A stretch of DNA of 62,137 nt, filler included, from Choristocarpus tenellus KU-1152 (taxonomy: Eukaryota; Protista; Phaeophyceae): the NCBI GenBank assembly GCA_964200185.2. It is 9 parts of 9 records of this genome, joined end to end, with 100 filler letters (N's around TTAATTAATTAA, not from the genome) between each part and the next. Parts side by side here need not be neighbours in the genome. Positions count along the whole stretch, not along the records: positions 13,998 to 30,102 come from CAXNAD020000875.1; positions 30,203 to 35,409 come from CAXNAD020011508.1; positions 35,510 to 41,082 come from CAXNAD020010380.1; 6 more parts are not named here. One strand, written 5' to 3'. Shown here one piece after another: positions 27,001-39,324 of this stretch. Within the stretch, counting starts at the first letter, position 1. Every line of letters starts with the position of its first letter. The notes beneath the pieces are model-generated. The model did not search any database and was not told the origin of the DNA. It was given only the letters and a program-made list of their open reading frames with translations. The position numbers and the translations under genes were made by a program.

Positions 27001-30000
27001 CTGTGGTTTGATGTTGACAACCTGCTGGCTGTCAGGTTTATGGAGGCGCAGGAGAGGTATGAAGACTACGAGCTGTACTGTGACATGGCTGGACAGTTTT
27101 GGCCGCTAACAGAGGCGCAATTTCGTTCTGGAGATCGTCCAGGAAAATTTCTATTCAACCTACTGGACAGACCTGCCTGGGTAATACAAAGGATGTGGAT
27201 ATGCTTCTGGACCTTTCGCAAGGTGCACCTTCTGAGTAATACAAAATATGGAAGGGTGATTGTGATAGTAGCTGCTTTGGCATGGGAAAGGCCCTTCCCA
27301 CCCATCTGTTGGACCACTTTAACCAGCACCACCTTGATTTCTTCAAGGCAGATTTTATGTCTCCTCCACTATGAAAGTAGACCCCGAGCAGACAGAAAGC
27401 CCCACACCGAGACCCTCGCCCTCACCCTAACCCTAACTCAAGCTTTACCCACAACCCCACTGAAACAACAAGGTTAAGGTGGAGAACGCATGCATTATCC
27501 TCCAGTCTTTGTGGCGAGGTCACCATACTAGGCGGAAGTGGGATCCAATAATCCGCCTTCGACTCAAACATGGCTACCTTTCGTACACACACCCCTGCTT
27601 CATTGGCTGGAAAAAGCAGGCGGAGCAAAGGACTCATGCTCGTTACATTTTGAGGAGGGTCCAAGGGGACTACGTGGTGATTTGCTTCAAGGGTTGGAAG
27701 GACTTTGTAGATACCGTGGCAGCTGCAAAACGTTTGAAGCTTGAGAGGGTAGGGCATATGCTCAGGCACATCGACGCCTATCGCTCGTTCCGATCATGGG
27801 CAGTATACCACAAGGCCACTCAAAGGGGTAAGCGTCTGTTTATGAGAGAGGTTGTCGATCCTACCCTCTCGCACTGGATTGAGTTCGTGGTGGAGGCTAA
27901 GAAGGAGAGGAGGATCCATGACACTGCCATGATCATACAGAGCACTTTCCGAGGTTACAGGGTGAGGTTCGTCTGCGGTTTTGGTGGAAATAATCTTGAA
28001 CCCTTGAGTAGAGTATGTTGATAGTTGGAGTAAGCAAGAGGTACCCAGGGTTGCGTTAGTAAGGATGATGGTGACCAAAAAAAATATATGGAAAATTTGG
28101 CGTTTTGCACAAATGCGTATTGGATTTTTTCTGAACCGTGTAGGAAAAAATTCAAACAATAGAGAGATCAATGCTCTCAAGTCAAACTTAGCACTTCATC
28201 CATAGATGTATGGGTGAATTGCAAGAGATTGGAAAATTGGTTAAAAAAAAAAATGGCCAAAACCCTGGGCATCTCTCGCTTACTTCGACTCAATACTGGA
28301 CTGCAGCTGGGCAAAGATATGTGGGGGTATAGTCAATTATGGGATAAGGGGATTGAGTAGGACAGCTACTGGTGGCCCAACTCTGCCCACCTGAACAAAG
28401 TCCCATGTATACTTACACATACACAATGGATCTTTCTCGTGGCAATTCCATGTGGCCTCCTTGACTCATCTCTCTGCGTCAACCCCAAGCAAGACCAGGG
28501 ATGCGTGGAAGAGCAGATATAATGTAGCATGTGTGCACACCTCAACAGCGTTAGATGTCCGGATTCGATTTTGGTCAGTGGTTCGGTGTGAACATGAGGG
28601 GTAACCATTGACAATATTTAGGTTGTGTACCTTTCACAGTCATTACACTGCCGTAAAGTCCCCCTCCCCACCATATCCTTTCAATTTCAATCGTGTTTTT
28701 TCGTACGTTTCAGCAACTGCTGGTGCGACTCTCAAAATGTTTTGGAGCGTACTGGTACACCTGCTTAGCACACCTGAATCTTTCTGTTTTGGGGGAATTT
28801 GCGACCGTGTTGGGAAGATCAGGAAGGACTATATCGTACTAACTGAACAACATTGTGAAAACATGGCAAGAGAGTTTTGGATACGGTTTTGGAATTCAGA
28901 CTGTGCTGAATTTAGAAGAAGAGAGCCATAAGTTGAACTGCAGCTCCGATAGTGTTATGCAAATGATTTAGAAATGGGTTGCACCACAAGCACTTGAGGT
29001 CAGTATTGAGGTGCTACGGAGGCTCCAGGTTCCCATAAACCGCCCTGCGGAACTACAGAGCCAATGTACATCCATATGCGTGCTGCGTTTCACAGTGGGC
29101 CATATTGAAGGGTCTATTTTTCTTTTGTATAGGCATACCCTCTGTACTTTAGAGTTATATGTTTGGAAAAAATAATAATATTAAAAAAAAGATCAGGTGT
29201 GATCCAAGATTGTAGTATTTAATAAAACCTCACATATTAAAGTGACCTAAAAAAAAGTATTCCCACACATCGATTGCACCATCAATTGGATAACTATTCA
29301 GCTCTTTTACCACTGGACCCTCTTGCCATGGATTGTCTACTCTGCAGCTCCCCCATCGCATTTTGTTCATATAACTGTTTGAGGTTCTGGACCTGGACCC
29401 CCAATGTTGCAGGTGGTGTCGAAAATGGCAAAAATAGCATGTACATACAGCATATGTATCACACGCACACACACACACACACACACCTAAGCAGTTTTTA
29501 ATATTTGAGACCATTGTTGGTTCGAGTTCAAATAGTCCTGCACACCCAATCTACATGTACCTATTCACAGAGTTTGCCAACCTACAAATCACACCAACAT
29601 TCCTCCTATTTCTGCCCTAATTCCTACACACACAACGTATCACACCCTACATACACACACCCTAACGTATGCTGTACTTTCACGGGCAGGCAAGGGTTCT
29701 CTTCAAGGCCACAATGATACTGATCAAACACGTTGGCGACCTGGTGCACGCCTTCAAGAAGCGACAGTTCTATCGGAAGGCTCTCCGGGCTGGTCATATT
29801 AAGGCAGTTGAAGACCTTGTCAACCACTCAAGAGACATGGAGATCACCACAAGGGTGCACCGGGAGACAAAGCGCCTTGCCTGTCTTGAGGCAGAGCTTC
29901 AAAGGGGGGAGGACAATGTTCGGCAAGGGTTGGAGAGACAGTGGAAGAAATGGCTTGGTCGTGGTGAGCTGCAGCACGAGATCCGCTTAGTGAGGGCAGA

Positions 30001-30102
30001 GTGGCATCGTGCTAACACTACCTCAGGTGGTGATCGGAGTCGAGGCCATTCAGGGGAATACTCCAGCGGACAAGGAGGGGGTGAGGATGGAGATGTGGAG
30101 GG
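24045..30102 (+). CDS. IQ-motif and Sfi1-like repeat protein (spliced, 3' truncated by contig end)
   Basis: Phase-compatible exons 24045-24193, 24353-24809, 25085-25569, 27036-27222, 27473(or 27479)-27961 and 29690->30102. IQ motifs ILQSLWRGHHTR and IIQSTFRGYR flank spaced FxxW repeats (CFIGWKK, CFKGWKD, SFRSWAV, TLSHWIE). Confidence 0.72.
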
Positions 30103-30202
30103 NNNNNNNNNNNNNNNNNNNNNNNNNNNNNNNNNNNNNNNNNNNNTTAATTAATTAANNNNNNNNNNNNNNNNNNNNNNNNNNNNNNNNNNNNNNNNNN
30201 NN
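30103..30202. other. Artificial contig spacer
   Basis: 44N-TTAATTAATTAA-44N. Confidence 0.98.
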
Positions 30203-32786
30203 GGGTCAAGCCCATCCTCAATGAAAAGCTCCATCCTCAATTTTTGAAATTGGCTGTTGACATGTATTACTAGTAACAAATGCGACTTCATCCAATAATA
30301 GCAATTTAGAAGTACCACCACACAAAGAATATATTTCATGGAATAAACAACAATATGGGATAAATTATGACCTGTGCCTTTCTTGAGGAGAGAGATGAGT
30401 CATACGCACGGACGTCTTTCGCCCACTGTTTATATCACTGCTTTAAATTGGGTTTCGATTTGTCAGCAGTACTGTATGGCCAATAAAAAATATTTTGACA
30501 GTGTATGGGATTACTTGTACCGTTTAAGGCACACCACGCACAATGTCATACACCAATCTACGGAAGAGCCAAACCAATTAATCAAGGTAGGCCGAGTTGC
30601 ATTTTAAGGATCCTGATAAAGGCAAAGTTTTTAGAACATACAGAATACCACAGAAAACATCATAATGCGAGTTTAGGATAAAAAAGAAGGAACAAAACCT
30701 AGGAGTTTATTGGTTTTTAAGTATAAAGAGTGTTGAGTTATGATGTGCTTTTTTTCAAAATAACATAACCCAACAAGAAAAAATGTATCATAACGGTTTT
30801 CTTCTTAGTAGATAATTTTTGTAAAATATTTGAAAAAGACCCTATTCTGTAAAATTGCAGGAAGAACCTTTGCTGAATTGTGGTTCAACTTCGTGTATGG
30901 AAAGGGAGAATATCAATTTTGAGTACATGATTGAGCACATCAAGGTATGAAATGGAACGTACTACACAGGGTAAGAAATATGGCTTAGAATACAAAAGGG
31001 TCCAAGCCTGCCTACCCCTCGATTGGTTTGCCTCTGAAGGCCGGTTTTCAAGTTGGCGTAAACCTAAAAATTTCCATCTTGGGCGCTGATCCCAACTGAA
31101 AAGTGGCCGTTCTTGAAATTTACAGTTTTCTCTTGTTCAGACCTGTATGTCATGAGGAATTCAATAATCACCATCTCTCTAACTCATTTCTCCTGTAAAA
31201 GATGCATTTTTTAGACTGGAAGGATTGAGAACACCCATGAATGTGTTTGTGGTGTGATATGACATTACCCATTGTAATTGGTGTTATCAAGTGCTTTACT
31301 CTCTAATACTCATCTTGACTCTTAATTTGGAAGGTTCAAAGGTTCAGGGTATTGTTACTGACAATGGATCAGTGTTCATAGTATCAACAAGGTCCTTCAC
31401 TCATGGTGTGGTCCTTGTATGTACTTACTAAGAACTTGCAAGCATCACATACTGTTCACAAATGACACGCCCGTAACCAAAGAGAAAGTGCTAGTGTGTG
31501 AAAATGACTTACCCCAAGTACACCCAATATGTATGCGTTTGTCCAACCAATTTTCTCCTTTCCTTGGCGTAGGTGAGTATGAGCAAGAAGGGTTTAATCA
31601 AAAGGAAATGTCAACTTGAATTATATACTACTACGTGGTAATAGTATAATGAAAGGAGGAGAGGATCAACAATAAATAGTGTAGCCCTTGAAAATCGGGC
31701 ATGTTTGGTGTTATGGCACAAACTTGGCTTACAAGATTCACCACTCACTAGGAAGTGTTCTTGCAACAGGAGGGTCCAGGAACCTGAACTGTTGATGGTA
31801 TCTTAACACAGCTGATAATACACATTGGGGTTCACTCAAGTCGTGCCATCTTCCTCAATATTATACTGTTTTGCCCTCTACTCTTACATGGCTATCAATG
31901 GCTCATCTGCAAAAACACATTACTTAAACCACCAGTGATCTGTAAAACGTCTTTACATGGTAGATGCCCTCCTCAAGAGATTCACAGAGTTATGTCTACC
32001 TATTTGATCCACACACCCCACTCATTTCAGGTATGTTGCTGTTCTTGAGACATTTTGATCTACAGGAGTCTCACCTCAGTTACATCCATGCCAACCCTAA
32101 CCCTTCCACAAAAATACGGAGTACTGTACTACACACTGTTACAGTGTATATAGTGTGTATATAGAGCATACTTCATACACAATCCCTTCACTCCACAGGT
32201 CACACTGATTCAGTACAACTGCCGACTGTAGAATAAAACCAATTGAATGCCTTATGTGTGGGAGCAGTTATCTCCATGTGCGTGTTGGGATATTGCATGA
32301 GCTATGACAACAACGGGACAAAATAGACCACAATCCATCCCTTCAAAGGCCAAAAGCGCTCAATAAGCTCATCCTCCATATTGTATGTACAATAGTACGT
32401 GGAACTAACATAACTTCCATACTACATCAATTCCACCACCAACCTTTCGAACCCATGCGCCTTTTCAATTCACAGGAAGGCACAAACAGGACAAATCCAT
32501 CTACCCTTCTGAATGTTGCTACAACACACATCCTCCACAATCTGGCTGAAAATATCAGAATCAGTCCAAACAGACAGCAAATGTCTCTCCAAGTGCGTCT
32601 TGGGTTGTGCCAGGGGGCTGGGTCAAGCAGCGGCTCCCTTCCCACCAAAGGGCAATTGTCGCCCCCCCCTCCCCATTACCACAATCAAAATACTCCAAAA
32701 ATAATACGCAATGGAAAAAAGATTTTTACAATCACAACACTATTGAACACAACAACCTACTGAAATGGATTTTCCCTTCCAGTTTG

Positions 32787-34135
32787 TTACACAGAAAGCA
32801 GTCGCACAACTTCGTCGGCTGCACCCTTAGCTTCTCCATCATTTCCCAGGCTATTACGGTAGGCCTCCACCTGGCATTAACAGGAGCAAAGTCATGTCTA
32901 AAGTAGTATACAACTGTTGATGCAAATGCATCAGGGGGGGTCCTTGTTTACAATAATACAGATTACACCACGCCTACAAAAAACTTGGTATTCATGCTAT
33001 GGATGAACTACCCTGTACACATATATTGAGCAGAGCAATAGCTAATGACACATATAAACTTCAACACCCCTGACGCCAATCTAAACAGAGACATAACAGC
33101 AACCGCCTTCATGGCCACTGTCCAATCAGCTGGGGCCTGGTGCACAGACCAATTTTATCACAAATGGCACTCTCGGACAAAGACCAATACCATGACTTCT
33201 CCACTTCGTGAGTGTCTAAACCAAAGTCCGGCCTTAGAGGCACAGCAGTAGTCTACTCTTCCCAACACTGCTACCACCGGTTCTGACAATCTAATCCTAT
33301 TCATTCTTCAAACAGAGACATTTCATTTTTGTTTGCATGGGTATTCAGTGTTTGGGACATCAATATTGAGCAATCTCCAGTTTGTTAATCTACCAACCAG
33401 ACCCCAAACCTGTCAGGTTGTAACTACAACTTCCAGGTTGTAACCAACTCCCTCCACTTTCAACATCTTACATGGGCAAACCACGATCTCTTCACAAGGC
33501 AACCACAAACAACTCCTTGTTCCTCGGGAGCATGTTGGAAAGAGGGGGTGAGGGTAGTGGTGGTGGTGGAATACTACAAACCTAATAGAAAAATAGGCTA
33601 CCGTCCCTACAGATTGTGCAGTCATGCCAGAGAGCCTGCAAGTTGCACTTGAGGCCGACATGTTCACCTCAACAGTGGGGGTCACCACTTGCCCAAGCGT
33701 CTCACCTGTTCCTTGAAGCCAACCTCATTCACAAGGGACACACCTGGTGTCCCAAGCTTCCTCAATAAGCGTCCCACTGCCAGAAGTCGTCTAAGGGCAA
33801 CTGTCTGGAGGAGGAAAAACACAAACAGGGGCGAACAGCATGAAAGCAGCCAAGGGTCCATGGTATACATTGTCACCCGCAACTCTGCAGGAAAGAGGAC
33901 TGCTCAGCAAAAACTTGTGTTTGAAGGAACGGACACAAGTAGTACACCTAGCTCCAACAGAATCTCCCCACTGCATTGTGTTCATCATAAATTAATTGAA
34001 TCAGAAAAAAAAAACCCTGAAAACTCCCCGAGACAAACGCTTTTCTCGAGATCCACATCACAATTTCTCTTCTTCTCTTCAAGACTAATGTCAATTAAGT
34101 TAATTGCTTCCTCCACATGCTTTACCTACAAGCAA

Positions 34136-34175
<40 letters not shown>

Positions 34176-35009
34176 TCTCACCCTCACCTCCGACTTCTCT
34201 TCCTCAAGCCCATCCAAGGCCCCAAACAAGATCTGGGCGGCCTCATCTGGGAGATCACTGTCCTTCCCTTCAGCTATGCTCGGGAGGGCATTGGCAATTA
34301 CCAGAGAGTAATTATTCAACAGAGCTGAAGACATTTGGCGCACCTCCCCTCGCTTGTGCTGCAAGCCTGTGTGAGGTGCATTACATGACAAGGTCAAAAT
34401 GAGAAAGGAGTGCGCGATAAAATGCATGCCTTGGTGCCTATGATCCAGTTTGATGGCATTGTGTGAAAGAGGAGGAAGAGTGTGACTTACGGTATATATA
34501 TATTATCATAGATCAACACGGTATCGTATCTGCTTCAAGACCTCCATGAGGATTAGGTGTCTACACTGTAGGGGAGAGTGACTATTGCAAGACTAACCCT
34601 AACTCTATTGCTCTCCTTTTTATGACCCATCTCATGGCCTTCGGCAATTGGGAGGGGCCATTGCATCACGATCTCCATCTACCGACAACACTGTACCCAC
34701 ATTTCCAAAAAACAGCAAATGCTCCACGCAAGAGTTGGTTCTACCACTCACACACACATAGTCCCTCACCAACCGTTCCAAAATTATTGCACTTCTGGAA
34801 TGGAAAACTTACTGCCTGCATTTCAACATCCTCACAAGGTTCACACCAACCACCATCTGCACATTAAAAAGCACTGCATACCAATACAAAACCTCACCCT
34901 GCAGAGCAGCATCCATCCATCCGGGCATGACGCTTGCCTCGGACATGTATGACATCCCAGAAGGAGTTCCAAACATATTGGTGGCGGAGCACAGAGCGAG
35001 GGAGAGACT
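32787..35009 (-). CDS. PUL-domain (PLAA/Ufd3-type armadillo-like) protein, C-terminal exons
   Basis: Exons 35009-34898 (LALCSATNMF...DAALQG), 34366-34188 (LQHKRGEVRQMSSALLNNYSL...ALDGLEEEKSE), 33804-33706 (TVALRRLLAVGRLL) and 32870-32787 (ends ADEVVRLLSV*), all GT-AG and in frame. The NxF / vR..aaL..N.sL / E...E...R.L.a.G.L pattern matches PUL. 5' exons are off-contig. Confidence 0.72.
34129..34175 (+). repeat. (CAAG)n microsatellite in a PUL-gene intron
   Basis: Direct reading. Confidence 0.95.
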
Positions 35010-35409
35010 CTGCAAGGAGAGGCAATGAGTGCATGGCATGAGGATAAAAACAATCACAACAATACAACTATTACCAGTATTGCACAGAACAAGCCCATTT
35101 ACAGCACACATGTCCGGTGCTGGATACTTCCTCACACTGCAGCAATCTAAGCTCAAAAAACATCGAGAGCATAGCCACATTGACACAAAAACATCAAACT
35201 CTTGGCTTCTTGTTTATCATACACCCTAGCGATACCTTCTCACAATAACAGTCCAGGGATGAAACATGTCTTCACTGTATCTAGTCAACAGAAAACAAAA
35301 CCTTCTACATCTGACAATATTTGTTTTGATGCCTCTGATATCATACCTCTGTTTTTTTACACTACACATACATCACCATGACAAATACCACAAAATTGTC
35401 AGCGGGGGG

Positions 35410-35509
35410 NNNNNNNNNNNNNNNNNNNNNNNNNNNNNNNNNNNNNNNNNNNNTTAATTAATTAANNNNNNNNNNNNNNNNNNNNNNNNNNNNNNNNNNN
35501 NNNNNNNNN
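35410..35509. other. Artificial contig spacer
   Basis: 44N-TTAATTAATTAA-44N. Confidence 0.98.
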
Positions 35510-38500
35510 CAGTAGACAGTGTAACCGTTTTCTGCTTTCTCGACCACCAATCGTCACATCCTCCCCCAAACATCATAACACCACCGATGTACAAGCTCTG
35601 ATCCACCACAAGTGTCCCAGTTTTCCTGTTCCTCCTGATCCTGCATCCCATTAATTTGGTTACCTCACCCAAATTCACCACTGGGAACTTATCATTAAAT
35701 CCCTCAATGATACGCACAGCATAACCAGCCCCTGATTCCTCAGCCATGAGCATGTCATCCAAATGGACAATCATGATCATCACAGTCCCACCATCCACAA
35801 TAATTCTGAACAGACATGGATCTGCCTCAGATTGTTCCAAGCCCAGCTCCAGCAAAGTTTCCACCAGCAAAAAATTCCAGCTGTCCTAGTCCCGCCTTGG
35901 ACCTCTGCACTCTCCCTTTGCCATCCATCTGCCTCGGTCAAAAACCATCTTTGTCCCTAGTGCCTTATAACCATCAGTGGAGCGAGGTACTTGAATCCAC
36001 ACTCCCCTACTATCCAGATCATCCACTTCTTCATGAATAGCAGCTTTCCACAGAGGCCACTCCTCAGACTCTGTCGCTACTCTCATGGTCTTAGGTTCTG
36101 GTAGGAGGGGTTTATCTTTCCCACCCACAAGTAGACCAACCAGTTTTCGCTCATATCTTGGTGTCCGTTTCAATGGTTCACCAGGTTCAGACGGGGGTTC
36201 GTGATTATGATCCACTAGTCGCAGTAACAACTTTCCACCACTCCCCTGCTGTGACGTAGGTGGATCCATACCACCAGCACCAGTGTTCAGTATCCCAACA
36301 GTACGTCCATTTTCTAAATCCAAACCCACTTTTTCCGAAGGCACGCCTTTTGAAGGCTTTTCCTCTTTTTCCGATCCCAAAGAAATTTCCTCCAGTATCA
36401 AATCTTCAGTGCTCAGCCCAAAGTCGTCTTGTTTCTCCTCCAAGATTCCATCACCACTCAGCCCCCATGGGGCAGTGACAAATGCTCCAGCCCCATCCTG
36501 GGCGAGCTCATCAAATGCTACAACATCCTCCTCTGACGTTGCTTGGGCTCCAGTCGATCGCTCTAGACCAACATGTACTGCTATCACTTCTGGGGGAGGC
36601 CACTTCTCATCAGTAGTCCCCACTGGGTCTATGGTATCCCCTGAAACTCCCTCAAGGGTATTCACTCCTGTCGCTGAAACATCCACCTCTGACATTGCAG
36701 TCTCCTCAGATTGTCCACCTGTGACGGTATCTCCTCCAGCCCTTGTCAGGGCGAGTGCGTCAGTTCCCGCCTCCCCCTCGGCTAGAACTAATCCTGACAC
36801 AATCCTCTCTGTCCTGTCAGGTACTTCAGGTAGTTGTCTTGAGGGAAGGTCAGGAATTGTCAAGAAGCTTCTTCGATTAGCTTTCAATGTAAACAATCCA
36901 TAATTCTTCCCACTTGTCTTCACAAATTCCAACCCAGGTCCTCCAGAAGAAGGGGTTAATCGCAGAGAATTTTCCCTTTTCCAATATAGTTCTCCCCCTG
37001 ATTGTTCCCCCGCTTGTATCATTGAGAAGAGATTAATTTTTTACCCAGGAAAAAATGACACATTGTGCAAGATGAAGTTGGAAACTTCCCCATTCTGTAC
37101 ACAGTATAGTGACAAATTACGTATGGCTGAAACTTGTAGAACCTTTCCATCCCCAACAGTCACCGATGACCCTACCACAGGTTTTGGATATATCAGAGCA
37201 GTAGGATTATTTGTCATATGAACCGAACACCCACTGTCAAAGAACTAAAGCTCATCCACTTCCACAATACTTCCATCATTGCTCACCGATGAGAATCCTC
37301 CAAGCTGAACTGGTGTACCACTTTCTTCCTGTTCACCATCACCAGCTTCACCAGTGTTGCTTGCATTGCCACTCCCCTTCCCTTTACCATTCTTCTTCTT
37401 CCTTCAGGGAGCTTGTCCTGAAGATCGTTGACCCCATTCTCCCAGACCACCATAGCGTTTGGGAAAATTGTAAGCCTTATGCCCTTTTTCTCCACAAATA
37501 TAACAAGAACCTGTATAAGAGCGGGACGAAACAACGGTGGGACAAGAAAATTGATGGTCCTCCACACTGCCAGCACTCCACACGTCTTGGCTGCCGATCC
37601 TTCACAAAAACTGTATTTCCGTTCCTAGATCGGGGACCTCCAACCATCAAGGCACCACCATTATTGCCCATCCTTCGTTCATTTTGTCGTTTGCGAAGTT
37701 GATACGTTTCGCAAACTCGTTTTTGGAGATCGATCCGTGCTGCTCGACCGCAACCTGTGACCTGGCGAATCTCAATGAAGTACTCGTCAGTCAAACAATT
37801 GTGCATCGCACTTAGTTGTTCTTCTTCGCTGGGTTCATCATCCAAGGAACACATTTTCTTAACTATGCTATCCAGTTCCAAGATGACTGTAGCCGGATCT
37901 TCACCAGCAGGTAAATGTAGAGTATTAAGCTTCGATCTCATCATAGTCCTTTCTGTGATATCACTTCTCCTAAAATGGTTCCTTAAGGCTTGATAAGCTT
38001 CCGAAGGACCATCATGGTTGCATGCCACCTTTTCAGCAAACCCGTCCAAAGCCATCGCCAGAGCAGCCATCGCCATACTCGCCTTGTCTATTTCTCGTTC
38101 TGACCATCTTGACGCGTCAAAGGAATCGCTGCTGACTCTTATGTTATCATCAGATAACAGCGTGTCTTTCCAGCCCCCCATGGCAGCACACGAAAGAAAT
38201 TTTCGCTCAAACATAGCAAATCCATCACCGTCATCATCACCACTGTAGACCTTGAATGTTGATGGCAACGGAATCAGTCGTTTTTATCTTCGCCCCGTTC
38301 GTGCCCCCTGTTGTGCGGTTCTACTAACCGCCCCTCTATCATCTTCATCATCAGACTCGACCACCTCTCCATCTTCTTCAACTGGTGTTGGAAGTGTCGT
38401 GTCACCATACTCCGCTCTTCTCGAAGTACGTCTTCTATAACCGACGGCCTCCTCCATCGGGACTCCCCCTCCAATCGATTAAACGTTAGCCTTTAGAACT

Positions 38501-38665
38501 TAGCACAATTCAATGAGTCGTGCTAGCTAGCATGTTAAAGAAATTGGTGTTCTCAAGACATGCGTATGTAAATAACTCGATTATTTACTCATTATGTAGA
38601 ACTGGTTGTACATGAAGTAAGGAAGGTGTAAGAAAGGAGAGTGAGCTTCAAAGCTCGGGTCAACA
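35510..38665 (-). mobile_element. Degenerate Ty1/copia LTR retrotransposon with internal deletions
   Basis: gag ORF 38268-37477 with CWQCGGP knuckle; protease *FFDSGCSVHMT near 37246-37212 and HNVSFFPG..NLFS; RT start EPKT...WKAAIHEEVDDLDSRGVW; RT SEADPCLF, IVHLDDML, NLGEVTKLMGCRI. Frameshifts present and no integrase core seen. Confidence 0.9.
38533..38665 (-). repeat. Candidate 5' LTR of the copia element (133 bp)
   Basis: Bounded by TGTTGA...TTAACA on the minus strand, about 265 bp upstream of gag; the partner LTR is not in the contig. Confidence 0.55.
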
Positions 38666-38882
38666 CCTTACTATTCACATATTCTAATAGCCCATCATTC
38701 AGTCCGTTGTACTAAAATAACCCGCAGACAATATTTTCGTTGTCACCTAACAAAGACATACTATCGGTTATACTATAATAACCTGTGGACAATACTTTCA
38801 TTATCCAACAATACTTCAACAACTCAATGTTTCTCCCACAGAAGCATATTTTACACATGAATAAAAAGCATATTCTTAACAC

Positions 38883-39141
38883 ATTGGATGACGACGGACG
38901 GAGCAAACTACTCGAGCCAGCCTTTTTCACGGATGGACTTGCTGATGCGCGCAAGGCCACGCTCGCTCAGGGGACGCACCATCTCCGTGCATGTGATGTT
39001 GCCGAGTTTCATCTTGTACATGCCGAGGTAGTGATGTTCGAGGAGTGAGGACATGCCCTTGGCATTGCTGTCTGATGCTCTCGATCCGTGGGCAGCGCCA
39101 TCAGCGCGCAGGGGGGTCGTTGTTGAGCGAATGTTGGACAT
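38883..39141 (-). pseudogene. ParB/sulfiredoxin-like N-terminal domain fragment
   Basis: YLGMYKMKLGNITCTEMVRPLSERGLARISKSIREKGWLE*FAPSVVI fits the ParB N-domain pattern R......L..SI...G.L.P..V. Premature TAG at 38910-38908; the downstream DGxxR motif was not seen (copia LTR about 220 bp further on). Confidence 0.4.
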
Positions 39142-39324
39142 GGTGAAGATTGGGAAGGTGTGACAGGGATAGATAAGAAAGAGCTGCTGGTGGTATGTGC
39201 GGAAGGGAAGGAATGGCAATGAGGAGTGAGGGCTGGGAGGTGCTGCTTTTTTCATCTGGTTGGCCGGTGCCCAAAGAACCCAGATTTCTCTTTCCGTTGA
39301 TAATTGTGTTCCAAAAAATACGAA

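Noticed and set aside
5211-30102. AK-NDK, LRRC34-like and IQ/Sfi1-like genes as one ciliary gene cluster
   Set aside because: AK-NDK is on a different contig separated by an artificial spacer, so linkage cannot be inferred
33689-34402. 237-aa plus-strand ORF with KQAS repeats
   Set aside because: Antisense to PUL-gene exons; the repeats come from the (CAAG)n microsatellite
36283-36903. 206-aa Ser-rich plus-strand ORF
   Set aside because: Antisense shadow of the copia pol linker
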